From IMG/VR virus record IMGVR_UViG_3300008111_000002, positions 145,837-209,836 of that record: a DNA stretch of 64,000 bases, one strand, 5' to 3'. The translations under genes were made by a program, and so were the position numbers. Positions 39,617-48,385 of the stretch are shown in pieces. Under the pieces are notes generated by a model, which ran no database searches, had not been told where the DNA came from, and was given only the letters and a program-made list of their open reading frames with translations. How positions within the stretch are numbered: position 1 is the stretch's first letter; each line of letters opens with the position of its first letter.

Positions 39617-40480
39617 ATGGCCAGAGGCAAAAAGCAAGAACAGGCAGCAACCCCTGAAAAGTCCGAAATGGACATGATTAAAGAGTTGCAGGATGAACTA
39701 CGCTTTCTAAGAGAACAGCGTACAGCCAAATCTGCTGATCCAGAGCAGGTGGCTAAACAACAAGATCTTATTGCTAAGAATACTCGTAGAGCCTGGGACT
39801 CAGAAGCTCTAGTGCAGTTCAATGTGGCTCAAGTTCAAGTAGCTCGTAGTATTGTTGAAGAAAACGTTACAGATGCCATGCAAAGTTACACTATTAATGC
39901 AGGCGGTAATCGTGAACTGATCATGCGTACTACAGACGATGTTTATCGCAATCGTATGATGATGTTGACACAATTACAACCTGCAACACCTATGCAGGCG
40001 TTATTCCAAGATTCAATGATTACCAAAACTAAGCTAGAATATCTGCATCATCGTAATCATGTTAATCAAGAAATGGTTACTATTATTCAAGAAATGGCCG
40101 CAGCTATTCGTGCAATTGGGGATGTGTCAGAGCGGTTCTATGCTATCAATGAATATATGGTTGAGCACTGTGACGAAGTCAGCGATGAAAATGCATTATG
40201 GTTTGATGGTGAATTACAGAACATGATGCAGTCAGCCACACAAGATGGTAACAGTCAGCGTGTAGAATTATCAGAAACAGAAACTGATATCCTTCTAAAA
40301 GCAGCAGAACTAAACCGTTTAGAAATTCGTGCTCTAGCAGGATTGGCTGATAGTTTAGGTGAACACCTACAAGAATGTCAGGATCACGGTAATGAACTAC
40401 GTGATGAAGTTATTAACTTGCGTGAAAAAGTTGACGGTACACAAAAACGTATCGCTAATCGTATTGCACCTTCAAAATGA
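39617..40480 (+). CDS. alpha-helical/coiled-coil hypothetical protein
   Basis: 287 aa, strong SD AAGGAG, heptad-rich. Confidence 0.65.
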   Translation: MARGKKQEQAATPEKSEMDMIKELQDELRFLREQRTAKSADPEQVAKQQDLIAKNTRRAWDSEALVQFNVAQVQVARSIVEENVTDAMQSYTINAGGNRELIMRTTDDVYRNRMMMLTQLQPATPMQALFQDSMITKTKLEYLHHRNHVNQEMVTIIQEMAAAIRAIGDVSERFYAINEYMVEHCDEVSDENALWFDGELQNMMQSATQDGNSQRVELSETETDILLKAAELNRLEIRALAGLADSLGEHLQECQDHGNELRDEVINLREKVDGTQKRIANRIAPSK

Positions 40481-40677
40481 TATTTCCAGACAAGCCTAGG
40501 CCTCCGTGGCAGTACGCCAAACCTAAGTCGACTACGGGCAAGGTCCCAGTGATCCTGCCTGTAGAAAAACCTAAAAAAGAACCTAAGCCTGCGGGGTATT
40601 ATCGTGAACGTATTGAATTTGCTGCAATTGTTATTGGCATGTATTTTTGGATACAATATTGGATTCAGTATCAATAG
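40477..40677 (+). CDS. small membrane-anchored protein
   Basis: Pro/Lys-rich N-terminus, hydrophobic aromatic C-terminus. Confidence 0.5.
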   Translation: MIFPDKPRPPWQYAKPKSTTGKVPVILPVEKPKKEPKPAGYYRERIEFAAIVIGMYFWIQYWIQYQ

Positions 40678-40901
40678 TATTTGATCGTTTGACACCTGAC
40701 TTGGTGTTGCCTTTTAGACGTTGGAGTCGTATTAGACGTATAAGAAATGCACTAAGAGGAATTCAAAGGTGTCATCCGGCGATCAAATTTAAAACTATAC
40801 GCAAGGATAATATTATTACTGTAGAATTTGAAACTGGGTCGATGTTGACCCAGTTTGCACTTTTGTGGCGAGCTGATTTGCCCGCTTGGCGTAGACTTTA
40901 G
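40647..40901 (+). CDS. small hypothetical protein (F-x-L-x-W family)
   Basis: VEFETGSMLTQFALLW. Confidence 0.45.
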   Translation: MDTILDSVSIVFDRLTPDLVLPFRRWSRIRRIRNALRGIQRCHPAIKFKTIRKDNIITVEFETGSMLTQFALLWRADLPAWRRL

Positions 40902-41584
40902 TCGTTACGTTGACCAAATAGCTGTAGAAGGCTAAGAAAGATATTGATAAAGTTCAAGTACAGACTTAGTGCGCCCCATACTTCCATCTTACCGTCATTT
41001 TCATAGCTGATCATCTGGCGAATGTTCTGTGTGTCGTAGGCAGTTAGTCCTAGAAAGATCACAATGGCAATTGCCGAAATCACCATCTGCATTACCGAGC
41101 TGCCAATAAAAATGTTAATAATGCTGGCAATGACAATGGCAATCAAACCCACAAACATAAACTGACCCATACTGGTCAAATCACGTTTGGTAAAATAACC
41201 ATAACCACTCATAACACCAAACAACACTGCTGCGGCCATGAATGCTGACACAATTGACCCCATGTTATAGACCACAAAGATCGTGGCAAAACTCAGACCC
41301 ATGATGGCAGCAAAACCATGTAGGAAAATCTGTAGGGTACTTTTGCTCATACGCTCGTAGGCAAAGCCTGCGGCCAAAATAGCTACCAGCGGAGCAAACA
41401 TCACTAGCCATTTTAAGGGTGTGCCAAACAGCAGAGCCATCAATGCAGGACTGCCAGCTACCAGAGCACTGACAATCATACTGGTCAACACAGCCAATCC
41501 CATGTGACCATAGACTCGACCCATGGCTGAATTGATTTCTCTAGCGGAACGGTAGATTCCCGTACCTAGTGTAGCGTCAAACAT
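40898..41584 (-). CDS. Bax inhibitor-1/YccA family membrane protein
   Basis: Seven hydrophobic segments, TKRDL..MG, YDTQ.I, AL.LYL.FINIF.SLL. Confidence 0.9.
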   Translation of the reverse strand: MFDATLGTGIYRSAREINSAMGRVYGHMGLAVLTSMIVSALVAGSPALMALLFGTPLKWLVMFAPLVAILAAGFAYERMSKSTLQIFLHGFAAIMGLSFATIFVVYNMGSIVSAFMAAAVLFGVMSGYGYFTKRDLTSMGQFMFVGLIAIVIASIINIFIGSSVMQMVISAIAIVIFLGLTAYDTQNIRQMISYENDGKMEVWGALSLYLNFINIFLSLLQLFGQRND

Positions 41585-41704
41585 AAAAAGACTCCTTGAA
41601 GTTAATGTAAGTATAGTTTAGCAGAAATATTTATAGTTGTCAATTGCAGATCAGGCAATTTTCTTGTAAAATTATTAAATACGCATATAACCAAAGGTAA
41701 CATC

Positions 41705-42142
41705 ATGTTAAGCATCATTACACAAATCACAGAAGAAATACAGGAACTGATCAAGGACGATCCAGTTCGTCCGGAAATTCCTCTAGAGCAGCGCATCAAT
41801 CAACAGAGTAAAATCTACGTGTTAAAAGACGACGGTACCGGTAAGGCCAGTGCTGTGGTATGTGTGAAATTTTTACCCAAAATCCCCGAATCAGTTGATG
41901 AACTGTTGAACACCATGAATGGCAGTTCTACCGCAGTGTTCTATACCATTTGGTCATATGCACAGGGTGCCGGACGAACATTGATAGAACAAGCTCAAGC
42001 AGAAATCAAACAGCACAATCCCGAAGTAACTACCTTTGTGACCCTAAGCCCCAAAACAGAAATGGCCCGCAAATTCCACCACAAAAACGGTGCCACTACC
42101 TACAGAGAAAATGCTGACTCAGTTAACTATCTTTACAAATAA
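41705..42142 (+). CDS. GNAT-fold protein resembling the malonyl-CoA decarboxylase catalytic domain
   Basis: AVFYTIWS..GAG..LI....P.V.TFVTLSP. Confidence 0.55.
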   Translation: MLSIITQITEEIQELIKDDPVRPEIPLEQRINQQSKIYVLKDDGTGKASAVVCVKFLPKIPESVDELLNTMNGSSTAVFYTIWSYAQGAGRTLIEQAQAEIKQHNPEVTTFVTLSPKTEMARKFHHKNGATTYRENADSVNYLYK

Positions 42143-42371
42143 CTAGACTGTGTTCGGGCCACTGCATGATCCACTGCAGACCGCAAAACTGATTGTGAAA
42201 CAGCAGATACCAATCTAAAGCAGTAGCTGATTCCATACCCCTCATGCTGACACTTCTGGGCCAATAGTCCACCCAAGACTGCCAGGAAATCAACAGCTCT
42301 TGTTGTGGTACAGCTAATTGTTGTGTATAGACAACTAACATAAAAATATTTACGCAGAAGTCTAAAAAAGA

Positions 42372-42408
42372 GCGCGAAGCGCCGCTAGATTTTTTTCTAG
42401 AGCGAAGC
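42372..42408 (+). other. two GAA-triloop mini-hairpins in non-coding DNA
   Basis: GCGC-GAA-GCGC at 42372-42382 and GCGAAGC at 42402-42408. Confidence 0.5.
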
Positions 42409-42518
42409 GACAGCGGTAGCGCAAGATCGGTAAAAGGTTTTTTAACTGGGAGTTATCAGAGTAGTTTATTCTACGCCGTGATCGTCAATCCAGCGTAGAG
42501 TCCACACTAGGCGAAATT

Positions 42519-42725
42519 CTATATGTAGTCTAGATTATGCTGCCTAACTAGATCTGGATAGGCTAATAGCATTAAAGACAGATACTGAGCAGGTATCCAA
42601 AAGTCTATGACATCGTTGCGTATGCTCATATAACCACCATGGCGCTGCACAAACTCCCATACGTCTTCATCATCGTAGGGTTCGTATACTGTGAGCCTAT
42701 AACAGTAATAAGTGGTGTCAATCAC
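42519..42725 (-). CDS. hypothetical protein
   Basis: 68-aa ORF preceded by minus-strand TAAATA. Confidence 0.5.
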   Translation of the reverse strand: MIDTTYYCYRLTVYEPYDDEDVWEFVQRHGGYMSIRNDVIDFWIPAQYLSLMLLAYPDLVRQHNLDYI

Positions 42726-42759
42726 ATGAATATTTAATGATAATTTTAAATACTAGTAT

Positions 42760-42990
42760 ATGCATATTGAGTTCATGTTGCCAACTGGAGCGGGTGGACA
42801 ATCAGCTCTATACTATAACACTGTACTGGATCAACATCTAGTAGAGTGGAGTCAATATTACCATTGCACATATACCAAAACACTGACCTATTATAGAGCT
42901 AGTATACAGCTGAACAGTGAGCAGGCGTATACACTGTTTGCACTGACTTGGACATGGTCTACACCCAAGTGGATTATCAAAGAAGATTAA
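42760..42990 (+). CDS. small hypothetical protein (F-x-L-x-W family)
   Basis: IQLNSEQAYTLFALTW. Confidence 0.5.
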   Translation: MHIEFMLPTGAGGQSALYYNTVLDQHLVEWSQYYHCTYTKTLTYYRASIQLNSEQAYTLFALTWTWSTPKWIIKED

Positions 42991-43030
42991 AGTCTTGCAG
43001 CTGAAAAAGGCTACAGCCCAAAAAAAATCT

Positions 43031-43265
43031 GCTGCGCAAAAATTTTTGAGGAGTACTTGAGTAGCCCAGCTGGCTGCTTTTTAACCCGCAAATAACATGT
43101 ATACTGCTGCTGAAAAAAGAGCCACTACAGAAATGACTACAAACAGTTGTATACAGATATACAAATACTTGAAAAAACCCTGGTCCATAAGCTGACTAGT
43201 ATACTAGAGAAAAGGCTGCAGGTCAAGTGTAAACCAGCTGCGCAAAAAATTTAGGTGGAGTACTT
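43031..43265. repeat. imperfect direct repeat pair
   Basis: GCTGCGCAAAAA(A)TTT..GGAGTACTT at 43031-43058 and 43237-43265. Confidence 0.65.
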
Positions 43266-43328
43266 TTCATTTCAGGGTGGTGATTTTGCTACCCCAGCTC
43301 CAAAATGTTGCGTATAAACAACACTATG

Positions 43329-43371
43329 CCCCCCATGCCCCTCGACTGAACCTCCCCACCACCGGCCCCCC
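43329..43371 (-). other. G-quadruplex-capable sequence
   Basis: Minus strand G6-8nt-G4-12nt-G4-3nt-G6. Confidence 0.5.
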
Positions 43372-43406
43372 TAGATTCCTCTCGAGTTCCTCAGAATCCT
43401 AAAGTC

Positions 43407-43435
43407 AAAAAAAATCCTACCTCTGGGGTAGGATT
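43407..43435 (-). terminator. terminator closing the leftward early region
   Basis: AATCCTACC/GGTAGGATT stem followed by poly-T on the minus strand. Confidence 0.8.
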
Positions 43436-43452
43436 CTCTGGTTCAGGCCACC

Positions 43453-43656
43453 TTATCTCAGTGCTGCCTCTAGCGCAGCTAGGACCTCTGTGCGCGGTGC
43501 GCTTTTGCGTAGCCCTAGCTCGTCACGTGCTATAGCTGTTGCTGACCTGCCCCTGCTGCTGCGGCGCAGTCCCATCAGCTCTAACTTGACTGCGGCCTTC
43601 AGTGCTGCTATGCGGAACAGTGCAATCTGCTCTGGTGTATTCAGTACAGTCATCAT
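43453..43656 (-). CDS. small basic hypothetical protein
   Basis: SD AAGGAG, 67 aa. Confidence 0.6.
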   Translation of the reverse strand: MMTVLNTPEQIALFRIAALKAAVKLELMGLRRSSRGRSATAIARDELGLRKSAPRTEVLAALEAALR

Positions 43657-43663
43657 CGTCTCC

Positions 43664-43741
43664 TTAGTAGGGGTATGCTGCGATGGCTATCATTACCATT
43701 GCTGTCAAGTACAACCAACCAATGCTTATACGCTTTTGCAT
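43664..43741 (-). CDS. 25-aa hydrophobic peptide
   Basis: MQKRISIGWLYLTAMVMIAIAAYPY, SD AAGGAG, directly under the promoter at 43783-43811. Confidence 0.5.
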   Translation of the reverse strand: MQKRISIGWLYLTAMVMIAIAAYPY

Positions 43742-43816
43742 TCTATCGCTCCTTGGTGTCACTGCGTTGTTGCAGTGTTTATAGTATACCCTCAGCTGCC
43801 CAAAATGTCAACCAAT

Positions 43817-44050
43817 TTACTCCGGTTTGAACACTAGATATTTGTGCTGTTTCAACAGCTGGATTGCCGCTCGGACCTCCCTGGCTCTGAGTTCCTGATA
43901 CTCTAGGTTCTCACGTGCGGCCTTCAGAGTCTGCTCCTCGTCCTGATGATTAAAGAAGTGGTGTGTGCTGATGTACCACCTCTTACCCTCGTCTATGATC
44001 ATCTTTATGGTGCCAAGGTTCTTGTACTGCTGGATCTCATTGACTTTCAT
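43817..44050 (-). CDS. hypothetical protein
   Basis: 77-aa ORF. Confidence 0.55.
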   Translation of the reverse strand: MKVNEIQQYKNLGTIKMIIDEGKRWYISTHHFFNHQDEEQTLKAARENLEYQELRAREVRAAIQLLKQHKYLVFKPE

Positions 44051-44127
44051 AGTGGCTTCTTTCTAGAATAAAAAAGCCCGGGGAGTCCCCTCAACCCGGG
44101 CAAGGGGATCCAATCCCCGGAGCAACC

Positions 44128-44310
44128 TTAACGATATCCCTTTTGACGTATCATCAGCGTGGCCACCCACATCAAGGCCACACCCACTAGGCTGACTGCT
44201 AGACTGCACAGCAGATCGTAATCCGTAGTGCTCTGCTCAATGCCGCCTACCCCGCCTGCGGCTAGGATGATACCCATGAATACAAAAAATGCTATGACTC
44301 GATCTGACAT
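44128..44310 (-). CDS. small two-TM membrane protein
   Basis: SD AAGGAG, own promoter, two hydrophobic helices. Confidence 0.6.
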   Translation of the reverse strand: MSDRVIAFFVFMGIILAAGGVGGIEQSTTDYDLLCSLAVSLVGVALMWVATLMIRQKGYR

Positions 44311-44547
44311 GTTCTGCTCCTTTGTTTAACTGTTTACAGTATAGCTTCTCCGGCCCAACCTGTCAACCAAAATTTAATTTAATCTGATTGATCTCTCGGA
44401 CCCGGCCCCGAGGTTTCTTCTGCAGATAGAACGCGAATCCTACGCGAAAGATCTTAACGAAATGCAGTCCGCCTACTCGCTTGTATGAAATCATCTGATC
44501 GCTCCTTGATTGAAAGGGGACTTACGCTGTCGCTGCCCCGAAACTGT

Positions 44548-44844
44548 TTAATAAACTTCGTCTGCGTAACCGTAGTCTTCGTCTGTGCCGTAGCCTGCGC
44601 TGGCCATTGCTGAATCAAAATCTCCGTCCATGCTTTCGTCCGGAGCACCCCAGGCGCACTCACGTTCCTGTGCGTTGGTCAACTCCCAATCTTCCTGAAT
44701 CTTTGCCTTGGCCAACTCCACGTCCCCGCCGCACAGTTCCAGCACATCGTTATAATCTGCTGCGTCCCAGCACTCGGCAACCCAGTGGCCGCCTGCTTCG
44801 TAGTTGTCCATTGCGAACTGTTGCAGTTGTTGGATTTTGCTCAT
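44548..44844 (-). CDS. acidic hypothetical protein
   Basis: SD AAGGAG, promoter with leader hairpin. Confidence 0.65.
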   Translation of the reverse strand: MSKIQQLQQFAMDNYEAGGHWVAECWDAADYNDVLELCGGDVELAKAKIQEDWELTNAQERECAWGAPDESMDGDFDSAMASAGYGTDEDYGYADEVY

Positions 44845-44923
44845 TTTGGGCTCCTTTGTTTAGTTCACTGCGTTTGTGCAGTGTCTAAAGTATAGCGCAG
44901 GTTGTCCAATTTGTCAACCAAAA

Positions 44924-45211
44924 TCAGCAGCGATTTGTCTGGTAGGGTTTTCTTTGATTTTTAGGGAGGTGTCCCGCGCACATCTTTTCAGCGGCACGAT
45001 CCCAGTGCGGAACCTGAGCGATCAAACTTTCTCCAGGCTTTGGATCCCACGGGCGGTCACGAGGATCTCTACGATTCTCTGCCACGATGGTTTCTAAGGC
45101 TGCACAGCCTGTTAATGCACAGAGGATGAGTGCTGTACCGCACCACCTGCCTGCTGATGATCCCAAAGTAGCTTTCTGGTTACCAGCGTGTTGACCTTGT
45201 TCTCTAGCCAT
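44924..45211 (-). CDS. possible lipoprotein (start uncertain)
   Basis: ALILCALTGC lipobox-like segment. Confidence 0.35.
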   Translation of the reverse strand: MAREQGQHAGNQKATLGSSAGRWCGTALILCALTGCAALETIVAENRRDPRDRPWDPKPGESLIAQVPHWDRAAEKMCAGHLPKNQRKPYQTNRC

Positions 45212-45375
45212 TTCAGTTCCTCTTCTGTGAGTGTGTCAGTGTCCTGCTCGCCCTGCAGTACCTTAATTATAGCTTGGGTTTGATCCTGTGTCAAGCTGTG
45301 ATATTCACTTTCAACCCACTGAGTCAACTGCCGTCCCAGCTGCTGAGTTCTTCCTATCTTGCGCCAATCATTCAT
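45112..45375 (-). CDS. hypothetical protein
   Basis: 87 aa, coupled to upstream gene. Confidence 0.5.
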   Translation of the reverse strand: MNDWRKIGRTQQLGRQLTQWVESEYHSLTQDQTQAIIKVLQGEQDTDTLTEEELKWLENKVNTLVTRKLLWDHQQAGGAVQHSSSVH

Positions 45376-45745
45376 TTGAGGTTGCCTTGATTAATTCATT
45401 GCCCTCGACTATGACCAAACGCACATTGTTCATCTTGCTCTTGAGATCATCTATAAGGCTGTCACGATCACGGCCTTGGCCAAGGAATGAATCATCATCC
45501 TTGCGAAAGGCGTAGAGCTGACCTTGGTGCTGCTCTAGAGTTACTTCAATGACTGTGAGTTCATCTTCGGGGGTGGGTTCTGTCTCGAGTTCATACTTCT
45601 TCATCTGAGCCTTGAGCTGCTGCTCAGTGATGCCCATGTCTCGCATTATGGACAACATGGTGAAACGAGAAAATGCGGCATGTAGTCTCCATCCTATTGC
45701 TACGCCCAGGACCAAGACCAAAATCGTTAGAGTTGCATCATCCAT
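45368..45745 (-). CDS. N-terminally membrane-anchored hypothetical protein
   Basis: MDDATLTILVLVLGVAIGW; TAAATA upstream on the minus strand. Confidence 0.6.
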   Translation of the reverse strand: MDDATLTILVLVLGVAIGWRLHAAFSRFTMLSIMRDMGITEQQLKAQMKKYELETEPTPEDELTVIEVTLEQHQGQLYAFRKDDDSFLGQGRDRDSLIDDLKSKMNNVRLVIVEGNELIKATSNE

Positions 45746-45806
45746 AATATTATTTAATCTATTTGTGTGTATAGTGCGGGCAGCGGGGCCTTGGGCCCCA
45801 ACTGCC

Positions 45807-46151
45807 TCAATCCAGCCTAGAACCAGCGTAGGCTTGGAATCCGTATTTCTTAAACACCTGTGCTGCGGCCTCTGCGCCTGCTTCCAGTGTGTCCACATTC
45901 TGGCAACCAAACTTACTTGGGTTCCACATCTGCAGTCCCCCTGAGTAGGCTGGGCGGATATCGCATTCTTTCAAGGCCTTGCCCAACTTGGTATTTCCCT
46001 TGACGCCGTGGATGGTAACCCAGGCGAAGCCACAGGCAAACTGATCCTGACCGCCCAACCTCTCTTGGAAGAACTTGGCTGCTGCCTGATGGGCTGCGGT
46101 CTGTGCCTCTTGAACCACTGCAGGGATCTGCTCTGGAGTTACTGTGATCAT
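45807..46151 (-). CDS. conserved-looking phage hypothetical protein
   Basis: CGFAWV...Q.V...EAGAEAAA.V...GSRLD pattern. Confidence 0.65.
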   Translation of the reverse strand: MITVTPEQIPAVVQEAQTAAHQAAAKFFQERLGGQDQFACGFAWVTIHGVKGNTKLGKALKECDIRPAYSGGLQMWNPSKFGCQNVDTLEAGAEAAAQVFKKYGFQAYAGSRLD

Positions 46152-46273
46152 TGTGCGGTCTCCTTCATGATGGTCTGTGTCTTGCCCACGGCCTTGTCAA
46201 TTGCTGAGGCCACGCCCGAGATACCAACTGTGGCCACGAACATGCCTGCCACGAACGCTATCAAGATTTTCAT
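46148..46273 (-). CDS. 41-aa signal/TM peptide
   Basis: MKILIAFVAGMFVATVG...; ATGA overlap with next gene. Confidence 0.55.
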   Translation of the reverse strand: MKILIAFVAGMFVATVGISGVASAIDKAVGKTQTIMKETAQ

Positions 46274-46371
46274 CGCTCACTCCTTGTTGTCTAAGTGTTT
46301 ACAGTATACTACCTTGCCTGCCCTTTGTCAACCAAAATAAAGACCCTGCTGTGTGCAGGGCCTTTGCTTAG

Positions 46372-46626
46372 TTAATTTACAATTATAATGTTATTTGTTG
46401 CTAGTTGCTGTTTTGCTGATTGTAATGCTTTGTTAATTGCTTGTGCTTTTTGTTGTGCAGTGTCTGTAATATTGCAAATGTCCCCGGTAGCGTAAACTGC
46501 GCTGCGTTGTGTTATGTGACTGTTATTGCAGAAGCTTACTAAAATGCGTAGTGTTTTTAGCTTTTTGTTTTGTACAATTTTAGCAAAAGCTTTTTGTGCA
46601 AGTATTGCGTTAGCGTAAGTTTGCAT
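46372..46626 (-). CDS. hypothetical protein, compositionally biased (Q/A/K/N/I; no Glu, Pro or Trp)
   Basis: SD AAGGAG, own promoter and terminator. Confidence 0.6.
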   Translation of the reverse strand: MQTYANAILAQKAFAKIVQNKKLKTLRILVSFCNNSHITQRSAVYATGDICNITDTAQQKAQAINKALQSAKQQLATNNIIIVN

Positions 46627-46698
46627 TGTTGCGCTCCTTTTTGTTTAACAGTGTGTATATAATAGCACCAGCTGTCCAAAAAGTCAACCAAAATGTTC

Positions 46699-46725
46699 AA
46701 TAACCCGGCACTGCGCCGGGTTATT
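46699..46725. terminator. intrinsic terminator
   Basis: AATAACCCGGC-actgc-GCCGGGTTATT perfect 11-bp stem. Confidence 0.75.
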
Positions 46726-46733
46726 GCTAACAG

Positions 46734-47009
46734 TTACGCATACAAGTAATTGTCGGTGCAATAGTGTACAGTTTTATAAAACTTGCTTTGTGCGTCGGTG
46801 TACATGTGCATAATTGTGTCGCAAAGTTGGACTGCATTTTTATTTTGCATAAACTGTACAAGTGCTGCGTAAATTGTAACAATGTCGGTGTGTTGCTCGG
46901 CGCAGACAGTGTTGTCGGCGTTGACGTCGACAGTGCGTAAGTATTTTGCAATGTCGGCTTGCAAAAGTTGTACAATAATTGCTACGTCGGCGTTAGTAAC
47001 TTTTTGCAT
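46734..47009 (-). CDS. hypothetical protein, compositionally biased
   Basis: ATG after GGAG (MQKVTNADV...). Confidence 0.6.
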   Translation of the reverse strand: MQKVTNADVAIIVQLLQADIAKYLRTVDVNADNTVCAEQHTDIVTIYAALVQFMQNKNAVQLCDTIMHMYTDAQSKFYKTVHYCTDNYLYA

Positions 47010-47139
47010 TGTTAGCTCCGGTAGTTGCACTGCGTTTTGCAGTGTTTAAATTATAGTACCAAAACGCCGGACTGTCAACCAAAAAATTAGTTGTTAAAAA
47101 AGCAACCGGGTCAGTTGGGGGGCGTGTGCCCCCCTCCCC

Positions 47140-47619
47140 TTACTCTGCAGTTACCACGCTGCCTAGTTTGATGTTAAACACAATGCTGTCGTCCCCCGCC
47201 CTAAACTCGCTTGCCAGTGCCGCTGCCTGCGCCTCATCCCTAGTAATCTCTACACCGTTGCGTGTGTAGCGTGGCGCTTTGCGTTCCGCAGTCTTGTCCA
47301 TTGTGCATCGCACATAGTATTCGCCCTTGTGTGCGATAATGTAGGGGAATACAGCCCACTCGCCCCATGGCAAACCTGCATTCTCTGCTGGCAGTTCGCC
47401 AGTTGCTCGCTTCTCAATCACTTCCTCAATCTCGTCGTATACCTGTCCGATGATTGCGGTAAACTCTGAACGCTTAACAATAGCGTCCTGTCCCTTGCGT
47501 ACCTTCAACATACGCTCCGTGACAAACTTGACTGGCTGTTGCTTCTTGCTCAACACCAAGTCCAACAGTTGTTGTGTGTTGTTGTCTGTGCCCTGAACTA
47601 CTAGTTGTGCTATTTGCAT
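47140..47619 (-). CDS. hypothetical protein
   Basis: 159 aa, SD AAGGAG, promoter. Confidence 0.65.
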   Translation of the reverse strand: MQIAQLVVQGTDNNTQQLLDLVLSKKQQPVKFVTERMLKVRKGQDAIVKRSEFTAIIGQVYDEIEEVIEKRATGELPAENAGLPWGEWAVFPYIIAHKGEYYVRCTMDKTAERKAPRYTRNGVEITRDEAQAAALASEFRAGDDSIVFNIKLGSVVTAE

Positions 47620-47843
47620 TTGTTGCTCCTTAGTTGCCTGCGTATCGCAGTATCATTAGTATATGGCCAGCACACCAAAATGTCAACCAAAATATCAAAT
47701 GTCCCATCAGTCCGTAGGGTTATTCATCATGTTCGTTCATCGTCATCATGCAGACATTCTAACACCGTTCGTCCATTTGGTCAAGCCAAAAAAAAGCCCT
47801 GAGCACGTAGCCCAGGGCCTGCCAATCCCGGGAGCGAATCGGG

Positions 47844-48140
47844 TTAGGCAGCAACAGTTGCCGCAGCAGCAGTACTTGCTGTAGCTGTGGCAGGGTTCTT
47901 CTTCGCGGTGTAGGCGATCGCAGCTTCCACAGCAGCATTGCCAGCACCAAAGCCACGAGCCACGAGTTCTTGAACGATCTCACCTTTGGTCATTGGCTTG
48001 CCAAGATCAACCAGCTCAACACCAGTGTGTCCGTTCTTGGCCAGAATCTTGATACGCATCTGGTCATTGGCGAAACGCAGCTTGGTCTTGCCGTTAAGGG
48101 TTGAAACACCTGCTACACTAAAACGCTTGTCAGTCGACAT
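47844..48140 (-). CDS. hypothetical protein with Ala/Thr-rich tail
   Basis: 98 aa, SD GAGAGG, promoter and terminator. Confidence 0.65.
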   Translation of the reverse strand: MSTDKRFSVAGVSTLNGKTKLRFANDQMRIKILAKNGHTGVELVDLGKPMTKGEIVQELVARGFGAGNAAVEAAIAYTAKKNPATATASTAAAATVAA

Positions 48141-48385
48141 AATAATTACCTCTCTGTGTGTGAATAAAAACTACCAACCAATTTGATAGCATTTTGAGTA
48201 TACTACCAAACCATTTGTCCGTCAACCAATTATTTTTCCAAATTGTTTGGAATTGGCAACAATTGCAATAGTTCTTCCACCCTGCGATGATCTGCATCGC
48301 CCGCCCCACCGCATTCGATGGAGAAGGCAAAATTAAATGTTCTTGCCATGCTGTTTCCCTATATAGTCGTATATAGCAGCGGGGC

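Noticed and set aside
44924-45211. Lipobox ORF lacking a nearby start; a 1-nt change would give MRYALILCALTGC
   Set aside because: The upstream gene also ends plausibly in its own frame; too speculative
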